64,000 nt of DNA, taken from contig JBBRNJ010000002.1 in the NCBI GenBank assembly GCA_038230375.1, forward strand, positions 1-64,000. Reading direction: 5' to 3'. The position numbers and the translations under genes were made by a program. The notes beneath the pieces are model-generated. The model saw nothing but the letters and a program-made list of their open reading frames with translations. It made no database searches and was not told the DNA's origin. Below, piece by piece: positions 1 to 9,770 of the stretch (within the stretch, counting starts at the first letter, position 1; each line of letters opens with the position of its first letter). The stretch comes from Polyangiales bacterium. GTDB lineage: Bacteria; Myxococcota_A; Polyangia; Polyangiales; Polyangiaceae.

Positions 1-1
1 G

Positions 2-841
2 GTACAGGAAGTACGCTCCGCGCGGTCCTCGCTCGCGCCTTGGCCTCGACGAAAAATCGGGCTTCGACGAGTTACTGTCGGAGGATTTTCGCTCCTCGAG
101 ATCATGGTCGCCATGGCGATCCTTGGTCTCGCGTTGACGGTCATCCTTTCGGCGCAAGGCGGCCTTGCGGCTTCGAACCGCAGCGCTGCGAACCTTGGCA
201 CCGCCGGTACCCTGGCGCGCTGCAAGATGACCGAGATCGAAGAGCGCACCACGAAGCTCGGCTACCCGGAGCTCGATCAGATCGACGAGGACATCTCCTG
301 CTGCGAGGACGCGGACCAGGACGGCTTCAAGTGCAGCACGCGCATCGAGAAGGTCGTGCTCCCCGATCCGCCGCAGAACAGCCTTGGTGACGGCGGCTCC
401 GTCATTGGCGCGCCCACCGCATCCACCGACGCGTTCGGCAATCAGCTGAACAACCCCGCGGGCGGGGCCGGCCTCAACCTGGATTTCGATGGTGGAGGCG
501 GCGGTCTTGCCGCGATGGGTGGGCAGCTCCAGCAGCAGATGGGCGGCGCGGACGGCATCTTCGGCATGGTCATGGGCATCGTCTATCCGCAGATCAAGCC
601 GATGATGGAGGCGTCGATCCGCCGCGTCACCGTGCAGGTGAACTGGAAGGAAGGCCCGAACAAGCGCGAGGTCACCATCGTCCAGTACGTGACGCAGCCG
701 CAGCGCGGTGGCTTCATCGCAGGCACGTTGCCGCTGGAAGGTGGCGCGCCGCTTCCCAACGGCCCCGGCACGCCGGGCACCGCAGGAGCCGCAGGAGCCG
801 CCGGGCCCGCCGGCGCACTCAGTCCGGGGATCCCCCGATGA
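2..841 (+). CDS. gspI: Type II secretion minor pseudopilin GspI (5'-partial, frame open from window start)
   Basis: Prepilin motif GG/FSLLEIMVAMAIL is encoded just upstream of and through the track's Met at 104; first gene of the I-J-K-L-M-N run. Confidence 0.8.
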   Translation, partial: VQEVRSARSSLAPWPRRKIGLRRVTVGGFSLLEIMVAMAILGLALTVILSAQGGLAASNRSAANLGTAGTLARCKMTEIEERTTKLGYPELDQIDEDISCCEDADQDGFKCSTRIEKVVLPDPPQNSLGDGGSVIGAPTASTDAFGNQLNNPAGGAGLNLDFDGGGGGLAAMGGQLQQQMGGADGIFGMVMGIVYPQIKPMMEASIRRVTVQVNWKEGPNKREVTIVQYVTQPQRGGFIAGTLPLEGGAPLPNGPGTPGTAGAAGAAGPAGALSPGIPR

Positions 842-1560
842 GCGCCTTCCGAACTACGCAAACGCGTGTGCGCGCGCGTCGAAACGCGGCGGGCCTCACG
901 CTCATCGAGATCCTCGTCTCGCTCACCATCCTCGCGATGATGTCCCTGCTCATCTACGGCGCGTTCGATTCCATGTCGCGCGGCAAGAAGGCTGAGACGC
1001 TGCGCTCCGACCGCGCGCGCGAGGGCCGCGAGGCCTCTGCGCGCCTCGTGCGCGAGCTGCAGAGCGCCTTCCTTTCGCAGCACCAGCCCACGAACGTGTC
1101 GCTCGGGACACGCAACACGGCGTTCGTCGGACAGAGCTACTCGGACTTCGACCGCATCGACTTCACGACATTCGCCCACCGCCGCGTCGGCAAAGAGGCA
1201 CATGAGTCCGACCAGGCAGAGGTCGGCTACTTCGTCGTCAAGGATCCCGAGGTCGACGGAAAGTTCGACCTGGTCCGTCGCGAGCAGACGCCCATCGACA
1301 TCGATCCGCTGCGCGGCGGCGTCGTCAGCGTGCTCGCGGAGGACATAGAGACCTTCGACGTGAAGTACCTGGACCCGATCACGGGCAACTGGGTCGAGAC
1401 CTGGGATACCACGCAGATCACTGGGCAGCCAAACCGCCTTCCCTGGGAAGTGCGCGTGAAGATCGCGCTGAAGAGCGTGAAGAACAGTCCGCCGTTCTCG
1501 TACACCACGAAGACCACGCTCCCCATCGGCCAACCTCTCAACTTCGGGTTCGCCCGATGA
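838..1560 (+). CDS. gspJ: Type II secretion pseudopilin GspJ
   Basis: N-methylation motif AG/LTLIEILVSL; C-terminal W..W...LP..V.V.I pattern; ATGA overlap with gspI. Confidence 0.85.
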   Translation: MSAFRTTQTRVRARRNAAGLTLIEILVSLTILAMMSLLIYGAFDSMSRGKKAETLRSDRAREGREASARLVRELQSAFLSQHQPTNVSLGTRNTAFVGQSYSDFDRIDFTTFAHRRVGKEAHESDQAEVGYFVVKDPEVDGKFDLVRREQTPIDIDPLRGGVVSVLAEDIETFDVKYLDPITGNWVETWDTTQITGQPNRLPWEVRVKIALKSVKNSPPFSYTTKTTLPIGQPLNFGFAR

Positions 1561-3017
1561 CCCGCATGACCCGCATGGACCGCATCAAGAAGAAGACGGG
1601 TGCCACACGCACGAAGGGCATGGCTGCGCGCCGTCGCCGGCGTGATCGCGAGGGCGGCATTGCGCTCATCATGGTCATGGGCGCGATCGCGGTGCTCACC
1701 GTCATGCTGGCCGAGTTCCAGGACGACACCAGCGCAGAGGCCGCGAGCGCCGTTTCCGGCAAGGACGGCCTGCAGGCGGAGTACATGGCTCGCAGCGCGG
1801 TGAACCTCGCGCGCCTGCTCATCGCCACGGAGCCCACGATCCGCACGGCCATCACCCCCATCTTCGCCTTCCTGAAGAAGGCCCCTCCGCAGATCCCCGT
1901 CTGGGAGTTCTCCGATCGCATTCTGGGTGTCTTCAACGACGAGGACGCCAACGAGGAGTTCCGCAAGAACCTCCACGTGGACCTCTCCACCGGCAAGAAC
2001 CTGGGCATCAAGGGCGGGCGCTTCGAGCTCGCGATCGTGGACGAGGACTCCAAGATCAACGCGAACCTGGGCGCCTCGAACGACATCGCGCACATCCGCC
2101 TTGCGAAGGAGATCATGGGCATCATCGGGCGCCCCGAGTACGACCCTCTCTTCTCCCAGAAGGACGGCGCCGGGCAGACGTCCGATCGCTATTCCACGTG
2201 CGCGGCCATCATCGACTGGTCCGACATGGACGAGCAGGGGTTCAACTGCGACACCACGCAGATCACCTCCGCGTCCAGCTCCGGCGTGGAGGACGCGTGG
2301 TACCAGCTCCTCCCGACCAGGCCGTATCGCCGAAAGAACGCGCCTTACGATTCCCTCGAAGAGCTGCACATGGTGCGCGGCGTGAACGACGACTTCTGGG
2401 CCACGTTCATAGATCCAGACCCCACGAATCCGAAGAAGCGCGTCGTCACCGTGTGGGGGCAGGGCGCGATCAACGTGAACACGGCGCCAGCGCAGGTGCT
2501 CTACGGCGTGGTCTGCGCAGGAGCGCCGCTGTCCGAGATCTGCACGGACCCGGCCCAGGCCGGCCTCTTCATCATGGGCGTGACGATGGCGCACGGAATC
2601 ACCATGGGCGCTCCGCTGTTCGCATCACCGACGGACTTCATCAACACGATGACCGGCAAGGGTCAGCTCGGACCGCTCCTTGCGGCGATTGGCATGAAGC
2701 CGGTGAAGTTCCAGAGCCAGAGTGAGTTCGCGAAGAGCATCACCACGGAGAGCAAGATGTTTTCGATCAGCGCAGTCGGCGTGAAGAAGGGCTACCGGCG
2801 CGAGACCCGCGTGCAGGTGACTGCCGTCGTCGATTTCCGCGCGGCGCCGTCAATCACGGCCACTGCCTCGGCGTCTGGCTCCGTGCCGGGCGCACCCAGC
2901 GCCGCACCTAGCCCGAGCTCGAGTTCGTCGAGCGCGCCCAAAGTGGATCCCAACGGAATTGCCGCCGCGCTCCAGCCGAGCACTGGCGGACAGGTCCTGT
3001 ATTACAGGGTGGAGTAG
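1557..3017 (+). CDS. gspK: Type II secretion pseudopilin GspK
   Basis: GG/IALIMV motif without Glu5; DEDSKINAN, IIDWSD, SLEELHMVRG and INVNTA motifs typical of GspK. Confidence 0.9.
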   Translation: MTRMTRMDRIKKKTGATRTKGMAARRRRRDREGGIALIMVMGAIAVLTVMLAEFQDDTSAEAASAVSGKDGLQAEYMARSAVNLARLLIATEPTIRTAITPIFAFLKKAPPQIPVWEFSDRILGVFNDEDANEEFRKNLHVDLSTGKNLGIKGGRFELAIVDEDSKINANLGASNDIAHIRLAKEIMGIIGRPEYDPLFSQKDGAGQTSDRYSTCAAIIDWSDMDEQGFNCDTTQITSASSSGVEDAWYQLLPTRPYRRKNAPYDSLEELHMVRGVNDDFWATFIDPDPTNPKKRVVTVWGQGAINVNTAPAQVLYGVVCAGAPLSEICTDPAQAGLFIMGVTMAHGITMGAPLFASPTDFINTMTGKGQLGPLLAAIGMKPVKFQSQSEFAKSITTESKMFSISAVGVKKGYRRETRVQVTAVVDFRAAPSITATASASGSVPGAPSAAPSPSSSSSSAPKVDPNGIAAALQPSTGGQVLYYRVE

Positions 3018-3019
3018 AC

Positions 3020-4543
3020 ATGCCCATACTGCTCGGAATCGATGTTGGAAGCACCTCGGTCAAGGCCGTCTGCGTGCGCTCGTTCTACAAGCGACTCGAG
3101 GTCGCAGGCGCAGCGACGGTCGACCTTGGACCGAACATGTCGGAGGCAGAGGCCATCAAGCTCGCAAGCGCGGCTGCGCTCGGGCCGAAGTCGCCCACCG
3201 CCGACGGGATCGCGATCGCCATCGACGGCGCGAAGACCGCCGTTCGCACGCTCACGTTGCCGAAGAGCGTGGAGAAGCAGCTTGCAGAGGTGCTCCCGTT
3301 CGAGCTCGACTCGAACCTCGCGTTCGACGTTGCGCAGTCGGTGTTCGACTATCGCGTACTGCCGGCGGAGACGCCGCCGAAGGCGACCATGGACGTGCTG
3401 GTCGTCGTTGCGCGGACGGACGACGTTCGCGCCCGCATCGAACAGGTCAAAGCGGCCTTGAATGCGGAGCCCGAGTGCGTGGGCGCAGGTCCGTTCCCGA
3501 TGACGCTCGTCGCCGCGCCGCTCGCGGTCACGGGGCAGGGGCCCATCTGCGTGCTGGACCTGGGCAAGACCACCAGCGAGCTCGTTCTGATCGAGGACGG
3601 CGACGCTGTGTTCGCGCGCGCGCTCTCGCTTGGCACGCAAGGCCTGCCCGGCACGGCGCAGAAGCTCGCCCGCGAGCTGCGCGTCAGCATCGCGGCGCAT
3701 CGCTCGCAGGGCGGCAAGAGCCCCACGAAGATCTATCTCGCAGGCGGCGGAGCGTTTGTGTCTGGCGCGCAGGCGTTCCTGTCGTCGGAGCTGGAGCTGC
3801 CGGTGGAGCCGCTGCCGCAGCCCGCGCTGGACCTTTCGCCGCTCACGCCCGAGCGCATCGCGGAGATGCCGCGCTTCGCAAAGGCGCTCGGCCTGGCGCT
3901 GTCTCTGGGCGCGCGTACGCACGTGATGAACCTGCGCCGCGGTCCGCTCGCGTACGAGCGCGGCTTCTCCTGGCTGCGTGAGAAGACCACGCCCATCCTC
4001 ATCATGGCGGCCGTGCTCATGTTCAGCTTCGCGTTCAGCGGCGGCGCCCAGCTGTTCGCCAAGGGCAAGGAGAGGGTCGTGCTGGAGCAGGCCCTGGGCA
4101 CGGTCACGAAGGACGTGCTGGGTGAGGAGACGCAGAGCGCTCAGCGCGCCAACGAGCTCCTCTCGTCACAGACCGCCATCAACGACGAAGACCCGCTCCC
4201 CCACGCAGACGCGTTCGACGTGATGGTGAAGCTGTCCGAGGTGATCCCGCAATCGATGACGCACGACATCGACGAGCTCGACGTCCAGAAGAACCACGCC
4301 GTGGTGCACGGCATCGTGCAGACGGTGGCAGACGCACAATCCATCGCGTCCTCGCTGAAGACAGAGCGCTGCTTCTCCGACGTGAAGATCACGCGTACCA
4401 ATCAGGTCGTCGGCGGCGAGCGTCAGAAGTACGTCCTGGAGTTCGACGTGAAGTGCCCAGAGGACGACAAGAAGGCCCCGAAGAAGAAGACGGACGGCGC
4501 GGCCAGCGCGCAGCCCGCCACCAGCACCGGAGGAGGCAAGTAA
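3020..4543 (+). CDS. gspL: GspL/PilM-like actin-fold protein with TM and periplasmic domain
   Basis: LGIDVGSTSVKA, VLDLG, YLAGGGA actin-like motifs; NLRRG followed by a TM helix; operon position. Confidence 0.8.
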   Translation: MPILLGIDVGSTSVKAVCVRSFYKRLEVAGAATVDLGPNMSEAEAIKLASAAALGPKSPTADGIAIAIDGAKTAVRTLTLPKSVEKQLAEVLPFELDSNLAFDVAQSVFDYRVLPAETPPKATMDVLVVVARTDDVRARIEQVKAALNAEPECVGAGPFPMTLVAAPLAVTGQGPICVLDLGKTTSELVLIEDGDAVFARALSLGTQGLPGTAQKLARELRVSIAAHRSQGGKSPTKIYLAGGGAFVSGAQAFLSSELELPVEPLPQPALDLSPLTPERIAEMPRFAKALGLALSLGARTHVMNLRRGPLAYERGFSWLREKTTPILIMAAVLMFSFAFSGGAQLFAKGKERVVLEQALGTVTKDVLGEETQSAQRANELLSSQTAINDEDPLPHADAFDVMVKLSEVIPQSMTHDIDELDVQKNHAVVHGIVQTVADAQSIASSLKTERCFSDVKITRTNQVVGGERQKYVLEFDVKCPEDDKKAPKKKTDGAASAQPATSTGGGK

Positions 4544-5127
4544 TGGCCGTCCCCATCTTCGAGCGCTGGGGCCTCAACCCTCGCGAGCAGCGCATGGCGA
4601 CCATCGGCGTGGTGGTCCTTGCCGTGATGGTGATCGTCGGCCTGGTTGGCGGACTCTCCGTCACCGTCTCCTCGCGCACGAGCGACATCGAGGAGCTCAA
4701 GACCACGCTCGCCGCCGTCCAGGCCGCGCGCGGGCAGGTGCGCGAGCGACAGAGCCGCAAGGACTCCATCGCGCAGCGCTACCAGACACGGGCGCCCACG
4801 CTCGCTGGCTACCTGGAGAAGACGGCACGCGAGAACCGGCTGGAGGTGAGCGACTCCGTCGATCGCCCCGACGTGCCGCACGGCAAGAAGTACACGGAGC
4901 GCGCCACCGTCATCCACCTGAAGAAGGCGGGGATGCTCAATATCTCGAAGTTCCTCGAAGCGCTCGAGAAGAGCAACTACCCTGTGAGCGTGTCCCGGCT
5001 CGACATCCGCAAGCGCACTGGTGAGCCTGACTCGTACGACGTCGAGGTCGGTGTCTCCGCCTACGATCGCCAGGAGCCCACGCCTTCACCCGCTGGCTCC
5101 TCGCAGCCCGGCGACACCAAGCCATGA
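4543..5127 (+). CDS. gspM: Type II secretion protein GspM
   Basis: W.LNPREQR followed by a TM helix; ATG overlaps the gspL stop (TAATG). Confidence 0.75.
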   Translation: MAVPIFERWGLNPREQRMATIGVVVLAVMVIVGLVGGLSVTVSSRTSDIEELKTTLAAVQAARGQVRERQSRKDSIAQRYQTRAPTLAGYLEKTARENRLEVSDSVDRPDVPHGKKYTERATVIHLKKAGMLNISKFLEALEKSNYPVSVSRLDIRKRTGEPDSYDVEVGVSAYDRQEPTPSPAGSSQPGDTKP

Positions 5128-5143
5128 GCAAGGGAGGCAAGTC

Positions 5144-6187
5144 TTGAAAGACAAGATCACCAAGATCCTTCCGTGGCTGCTCATGCCGCCGTTCTACGTG
5201 ATGTGCGTGGTGTTCTTTGCGTTCGTCACGTTCCCGTTCGACAAGCTCAAGGACAAGATCGTGACGGGCTTCAACGCCCAGCAAAAATCCGGCTCCATGG
5301 AGCTCTCGATCGACGAGCTCAACTCGCACTTCATCACGGGCGTGAAGGCCAAGAACATCAAGCTCACCACTGCTGGCGATCCCGGGAAGCCCCCCGTCGA
5401 GTTGAAGATCGACGAGGCGAAGGCCCGCATCTCGTTGCTGGGTCTGCTGGTCGGTCACCGCGACGTGAGCTACTCGTTCCTGCTCGGCGGCGGCGAGATC
5501 AACGGCAGCTACGAGGAGCACGGCAAGGACCGCGCGATCGACGTCAACATCGACAACGTCGACATTGGTCAGGTGGAGTTCATCACCAGCCAGCTCGGCG
5601 TGCCCATGGAGGGCCACCTCACGGGACAGGTGAAATTCGCGCTCCCGGAGGGCAAGGCCGGCAAGGCAACCGGTCTTGTGAGCCTGGAGATCGCTGGCGT
5701 CACGATCGGCGACGGCAAGGCGAAGCTCAAGGGCATGCTCGCGCTGCCGAAGCTCGACATCGGCGGCATCTCGATCACCGCGGAGGCGAAGGACGGCCAG
5801 CTGAAGGTCAGCAAGATCGCCGCTGGCGGTAAGGACGTGGAGCTCGCGGGCGACGGCCGAGTCACGCTACGCGACCTGGCGCCCGACGCGCTGCTGGACC
5901 TCAACCTGAAGTTCAAGGTGAACGACGGCTACCGCAACAAGAGCGACCAGACCAAGAGCATCTTCGGTGCACCTGGCTCCAAGATGCCCGCGCTATTCGA
6001 GATGGATCCCAAGGTGTCGCGCTCGAAGCGCCCCGACGGCTTCTACGCGTTCCACGCGCGCGGCACGCTCGGGCGCCCCGTGTTCGATCCGGCGGGTACG
6101 CCGAGCCTTGGCGGCGGCTCCGGTGTGGGGCTCATCAAGGATGGACCGGGGACGTTTGTCCCGCAGCGCGGTGGCGTTGACCAGTGA
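5144..6187 (+). CDS. gspN: Type II secretion protein GspN (deltaproteobacterial/myxobacterial type)
   Basis: TM then TFPFDKLKD motif; beta-rich; C-terminal GTLGRP; TTG start after a GGAGG RBS. Confidence 0.75.
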   Translation: MKDKITKILPWLLMPPFYVMCVVFFAFVTFPFDKLKDKIVTGFNAQQKSGSMELSIDELNSHFITGVKAKNIKLTTAGDPGKPPVELKIDEAKARISLLGLLVGHRDVSYSFLLGGGEINGSYEEHGKDRAIDVNIDNVDIGQVEFITSQLGVPMEGHLTGQVKFALPEGKAGKATGLVSLEIAGVTIGDGKAKLKGMLALPKLDIGGISITAEAKDGQLKVSKIAAGGKDVELAGDGRVTLRDLAPDALLDLNLKFKVNDGYRNKSDQTKSIFGAPGSKMPALFEMDPKVSRSKRPDGFYAFHARGTLGRPVFDPAGTPSLGGGSGVGLIKDGPGTFVPQRGGVDQ

Positions 6188-6972
6188 CGGGGATTCTTTC
6201 GGGCGTCATTCATCTGCCGCCGCTTCCCGGTAGCCCGCGTGCGGCGCTCTCCATGGCGGAGATCATCGCGGGCGCCGTGCGTGACGCGCGCACGCTGACC
6301 GATGCGGGCTTTTCCCACATCATGATCGAGAACTTCGGCGACGCGCCGTTCTTCCGCGGTCGCGCGCCGGCCGTCACGGTGAGCGCCATGACGGCATGCG
6401 TGCTCGGCGTACGCGGCGCGGTGCCGCACGCCTCGCTCGGGGTCAACGTGCTCCGCAACGACGGCGAGAGCGCGATGGAGATCGCCCACGTCACGGGCGC
6501 CGCGTACATCCGCGTGAACGTGCTTGCGGGCGCGCGCGTCACGGACCAGGGGATCATCCAGGGTGAGTCCGCAACGCTCCTGCGTCGGCGTCGCGAGCTC
6601 GGCGCGGAGGGCGTGGCCGTGTGGGCCGACGTGGACGTGAAGCATTCGGCGCCGCTCGCGCCGTATCCGCTGGAGCAAGAAGTGAAAGACGTGACGGAGC
6701 GCGCGCTGGCCGCCGCAGTGCTCGTCACCGGTGACGGCACGGGGCACGGCGTGGACGTGGAGAAGCTTTTGCGCGTGAAGGGCGCCGCGGGCAACGTGCC
6801 CGTGCTCGTGGCAAGCGGCGCGACCATCCAGACGCTGAGCGTTCTCGCGAAACACGCAGACGGCGTGATCGTCGGCAGTGCGCTCCGTGCGGATGGCAAG
6901 GCTGGCGGACCGATCGACCCGGCGCGCGCCACGGCCTTCGCAAAGGCATTTTCAGCTGCGTTTGGCGCCTGA
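6184..6972 (+). CDS. BtpA/SgcQ family TIM-barrel protein
   Basis: GVIHLPPLPGSP, IENFGDAPF, GVNVLRND, ADVDVKH motifs. Confidence 0.9.
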   Translation: MTGILSGVIHLPPLPGSPRAALSMAEIIAGAVRDARTLTDAGFSHIMIENFGDAPFFRGRAPAVTVSAMTACVLGVRGAVPHASLGVNVLRNDGESAMEIAHVTGAAYIRVNVLAGARVTDQGIIQGESATLLRRRRELGAEGVAVWADVDVKHSAPLAPYPLEQEVKDVTERALAAAVLVTGDGTGHGVDVEKLLRVKGAAGNVPVLVASGATIQTLSVLAKHADGVIVGSALRADGKAGGPIDPARATAFAKAFSAAFGA

Positions 6973-6984
6973 GCGTTCGCAGTC

Positions 6985-8007
6985 CTAGAAGGCGCCTGTC
7001 ACGCCTGCACCGAACGGCGAGACGTACGGGCGGACGAAGCCGCTCTTCGGTGCCTCCGATGCGCCTCGGCCAAGGATGAAGCCCGCAACTGCTGCGCCCG
7101 CACCGACACCCGCAGCGATGAACGAGATGGTGGAGACCGTGGCGGTCGTGCGCGCCGTTCCCAGCTCGTCGTGCGCGGAGGGAGGGCAGCTCTGACCCTG
7201 GCACAGCTTCTTCGCAGCGTCCGTGTGCGAGAGGGACACCAGGCCGGTGCCAGTGCCAAGGCCCACACCGACGACCGCGAGCCCGATGCCGCCGTAGAGC
7301 AGGACCTTCGGCAGTGTCGAGCCGCCGTCAGTGCTCACCTTGGTGGTCGCTCGGGCCGGCGCGTCGGTCTTGGGTTCGCTCTGCGACTGCGGCGGCGGGT
7401 CCGACGCGTCTTCGACGGCCTTCGAGAAATCGATCTTCACCGATTTTCCTTCGCCCTCGGCGATCACGACCTTCTCCGTGACGGAGCGTGTGCCACTGCG
7501 CGCGACGATGACGTGCGACCCTGGGTTCATCCGATGCGACTCCGCTGGCGACTCGAGCGGCTTCCCGTCGACAGTGATGACCACGTCCGCGTCTGGCTTC
7601 TTGTTCTCCACCGTCACGGAGAGAAGCGGCGTCTTGACCATGACCTCTCCGCGGAGCGCCTCGGCGCTCTTGCGTGCCGCATCGTTCGGCCGCGCGGGCT
7701 CGTTCGTGATGCGTGTGAGCACGTCCTCTGCCTCCACCAGATGGCCGAGAGCGAACTCTGCGCGCGCGAGCTCCAGTCCGGACGCGGACGTCTTGAGGAG
7801 CGCGTCCGCCTCCGCAAAGGCTGCGAGCGCGCCCACCAGATCACCCTTGTCACGTCGATCGATCCCTTCCTTCGTGCGGTCGCGTGCGGTGTCCTTGTCG
7901 GCCTGCGAGGGCTCATTCCGCCCCTGCGCGTGCGCGCTCGTCGCGCTTGCGGCGCCTCCGACCGATGCAAGGAGCACGAGCCCGAACGCGAGCCTGGCCC
8001 TGCTCAT
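6985..8007 (-). CDS. Secreted/membrane TPR + PEGA domain protein
   Basis: Signal peptide, TPR-like helices, VDGKP...NPGSHVIVA PEGA-like domain, C-terminal hydrophobic segments. Confidence 0.7.
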   Translation of the reverse strand: MSRARLAFGLVLLASVGGAASATSAHAQGRNEPSQADKDTARDRTKEGIDRRDKGDLVGALAAFAEADALLKTSASGLELARAEFALGHLVEAEDVLTRITNEPARPNDAARKSAEALRGEVMVKTPLLSVTVENKKPDADVVITVDGKPLESPAESHRMNPGSHVIVARSGTRSVTEKVVIAEGEGKSVKIDFSKAVEDASDPPPQSQSEPKTDAPARATTKVSTDGGSTLPKVLLYGGIGLAVVGVGLGTGTGLVSLSHTDAAKKLCQGQSCPPSAHDELGTARTTATVSTISFIAAGVGAGAAVAGFILGRGASEAPKSGFVRPYVSPFGAGVTGAF

Positions 8008-9770
8008 CTACGCTTGCGAACCGCGGTGGGCGCCGGGCTGGTGAACGACGTGGACGTGGTGGTGGCCGTGCCCATCGCGGGGGGCGACGGCGTGGGCTGC
8101 CAGTTGGGCTGCATCCCGGGCGCGGTTCCGCGTTGAACCAGCGGCTGGGGACCCGCCTGGCCAGGCGGCGGCTGCGCGAGCGGAACGCCCATGGGCGGTC
8201 CGACCTGCGTTGGAATAGTCATGGTGGGAAGTGGCTGCGCCACCTGCTCCGGCGGCGGCGTCCGCGCGACGGTCACCAGCAGGATGATCGCGATGAGCAC
8301 CGCGAAGAACGAGAGGAGCATGAGGCCCGCCTGCGTAGGCGAGATCTTCCACCGCGCAAGCTGCGCGAGCGCGCTCTGTCCAGTGGGCGAGCGCTTCGCC
8401 TTCTCCCAGAGATCGCGCAGCGGGTCGCCGGTGCTCTCGGCGACCGCCGGGACACCGCCGGAGTGGTGTGACTGCGGCATGATGTCGTTTCCGACGAGCG
8501 AGCGAACCGGATATGAAGACGACTGGCTGTGTAGCTGGTCGGCGCTCTGCATGGGCGGTGGCGTGGGGATGGGCAAGGGGTACGCGCCGGGAGTGTGTGC
8601 GTAGCGTGCCTGCGCGTAGGGACCGAGCGCGGAGGCGAACGGCGACGCGTCGAACTCCAGCGTGACCTTCATCTCTCCGCGACCCTCGGGCATGCCCGCC
8701 TGGGTCTGAGCACGCCGCTCTGGCCGCTGGTCCACCAGCTGCGTGTCTTCGGACGCGAACAGCGCGTTGTTGACGGTGCGTTGCCGCTGCTTGCGCCGCG
8801 CAGAGAGGTACTCCTCTGCGTACTGCGCGACCTCCTGGTCCGTCGTGGGCTCACCGATCTCGCGCATGGCCACGACCAGCTCGTGTCCCATCTCCGCCGC
8901 GGTCTGCCAGCGCTGCTGCGGATCGAGCGCGAGTGCGCGCATGACCACGCTCTGCACGGCGGGAGGCGTTCCGCGCGGCAACGGCGCCGCAGGACCGCCG
9001 CGGGTGAGGCGCGTCAGCGTCTGGATGTCGTTCTCGCGCTCGAACGGCGGGAACCCCGAGAAGATCTCGTAGAGCACCGCGCCAACGGAGAAGATGTCGG
9101 CCCGTCGATCCACGACGGTGGTGCGCGCCTGCTCCGGGCTCATGTACGAGAGCTTGCCCTTGATGCGGCCGATCGAGGTCTCCTCCGAGATCCGCTTGTT
9201 CGCCTTCGCGATGCCGAAGTCGATCAGCATCGCGCGACCGTTCGTGGAGAGGAGGATGTTCTGGGGCGACACGTCGCGATGCACCAGACCGCGCAGCTCG
9301 CCGTTCTCGTCCGCGAGCTCGTGCGCTGCGTGAAGTCCCGCGCAGACGTCCGCGGCGATCTTGAGGGCGATCCCCGCGGGCACGCGCTCGTTGTTCTGCG
9401 TCACCTGCTTCACCAGGTGCGAGAGCGAGTCGCCGTCGACCCAGTTCATGGCCAGGAACAGAAGGCCGTCCTGCTCGCCGACGTCCAGCGTGGACACGAC
9501 ATTCGGGTGATCGATCGACGCGGCGATGCGTGCCTCGTCGATGAACATGGCGCGCATGTTCTCGACCTGGACGTAGTGAGGGAGCATCACCTTCACGACG
9601 ACGAGGCGCGAGAAGCCGAATTTTCCCGCGTATCGCGCGAGCCAGATCGCGCCCATACCGCCCTGCGCGAGCGGGCAGAGCAGCTCGTAGCGGTCGAGGC
9701 GGGTGCCGGGGGAGATGCCCACTTCGACGGCGTCCACGTCGTCTCCGGAGGCCCCGACGGGAGACATCAC
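8004..9770 (-). CDS. Hanks-type Ser/Thr protein kinase with a C-terminal TM segment
   Basis: AQGGMG, VVVK, HRDVSPQN, DFG and YMSPEQ motifs; Pro-rich linker; TM near the C terminus. Confidence 0.95.
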   Translation of the reverse strand: MMSPVGASGDDVDAVEVGISPGTRLDRYELLCPLAQGGMGAIWLARYAGKFGFSRLVVVKVMLPHYVQVENMRAMFIDEARIAASIDHPNVVSTLDVGEQDGLLFLAMNWVDGDSLSHLVKQVTQNNERVPAGIALKIAADVCAGLHAAHELADENGELRGLVHRDVSPQNILLSTNGRAMLIDFGIAKANKRISEETSIGRIKGKLSYMSPEQARTTVVDRRADIFSVGAVLYEIFSGFPPFERENDIQTLTRLTRGGPAAPLPRGTPPAVQSVVMRALALDPQQRWQTAAEMGHELVVAMREIGEPTTDQEVAQYAEEYLSARRKQRQRTVNNALFASEDTQLVDQRPERRAQTQAGMPEGRGEMKVTLEFDASPFASALGPYAQARYAHTPGAYPLPIPTPPPMQSADQLHSQSSSYPVRSLVGNDIMPQSHHSGGVPAVAESTGDPLRDLWEKAKRSPTGQSALAQLARWKISPTQAGLMLLSFFAVLIAIILLVTVARTPPPEQVAQPLPTMTIPTQVGPPMGVPLAQPPPGQAGPQPLVQRGTAPGMQPNWQPTPSPPAMGTATTTSTSFTSPAPTAVRKRR

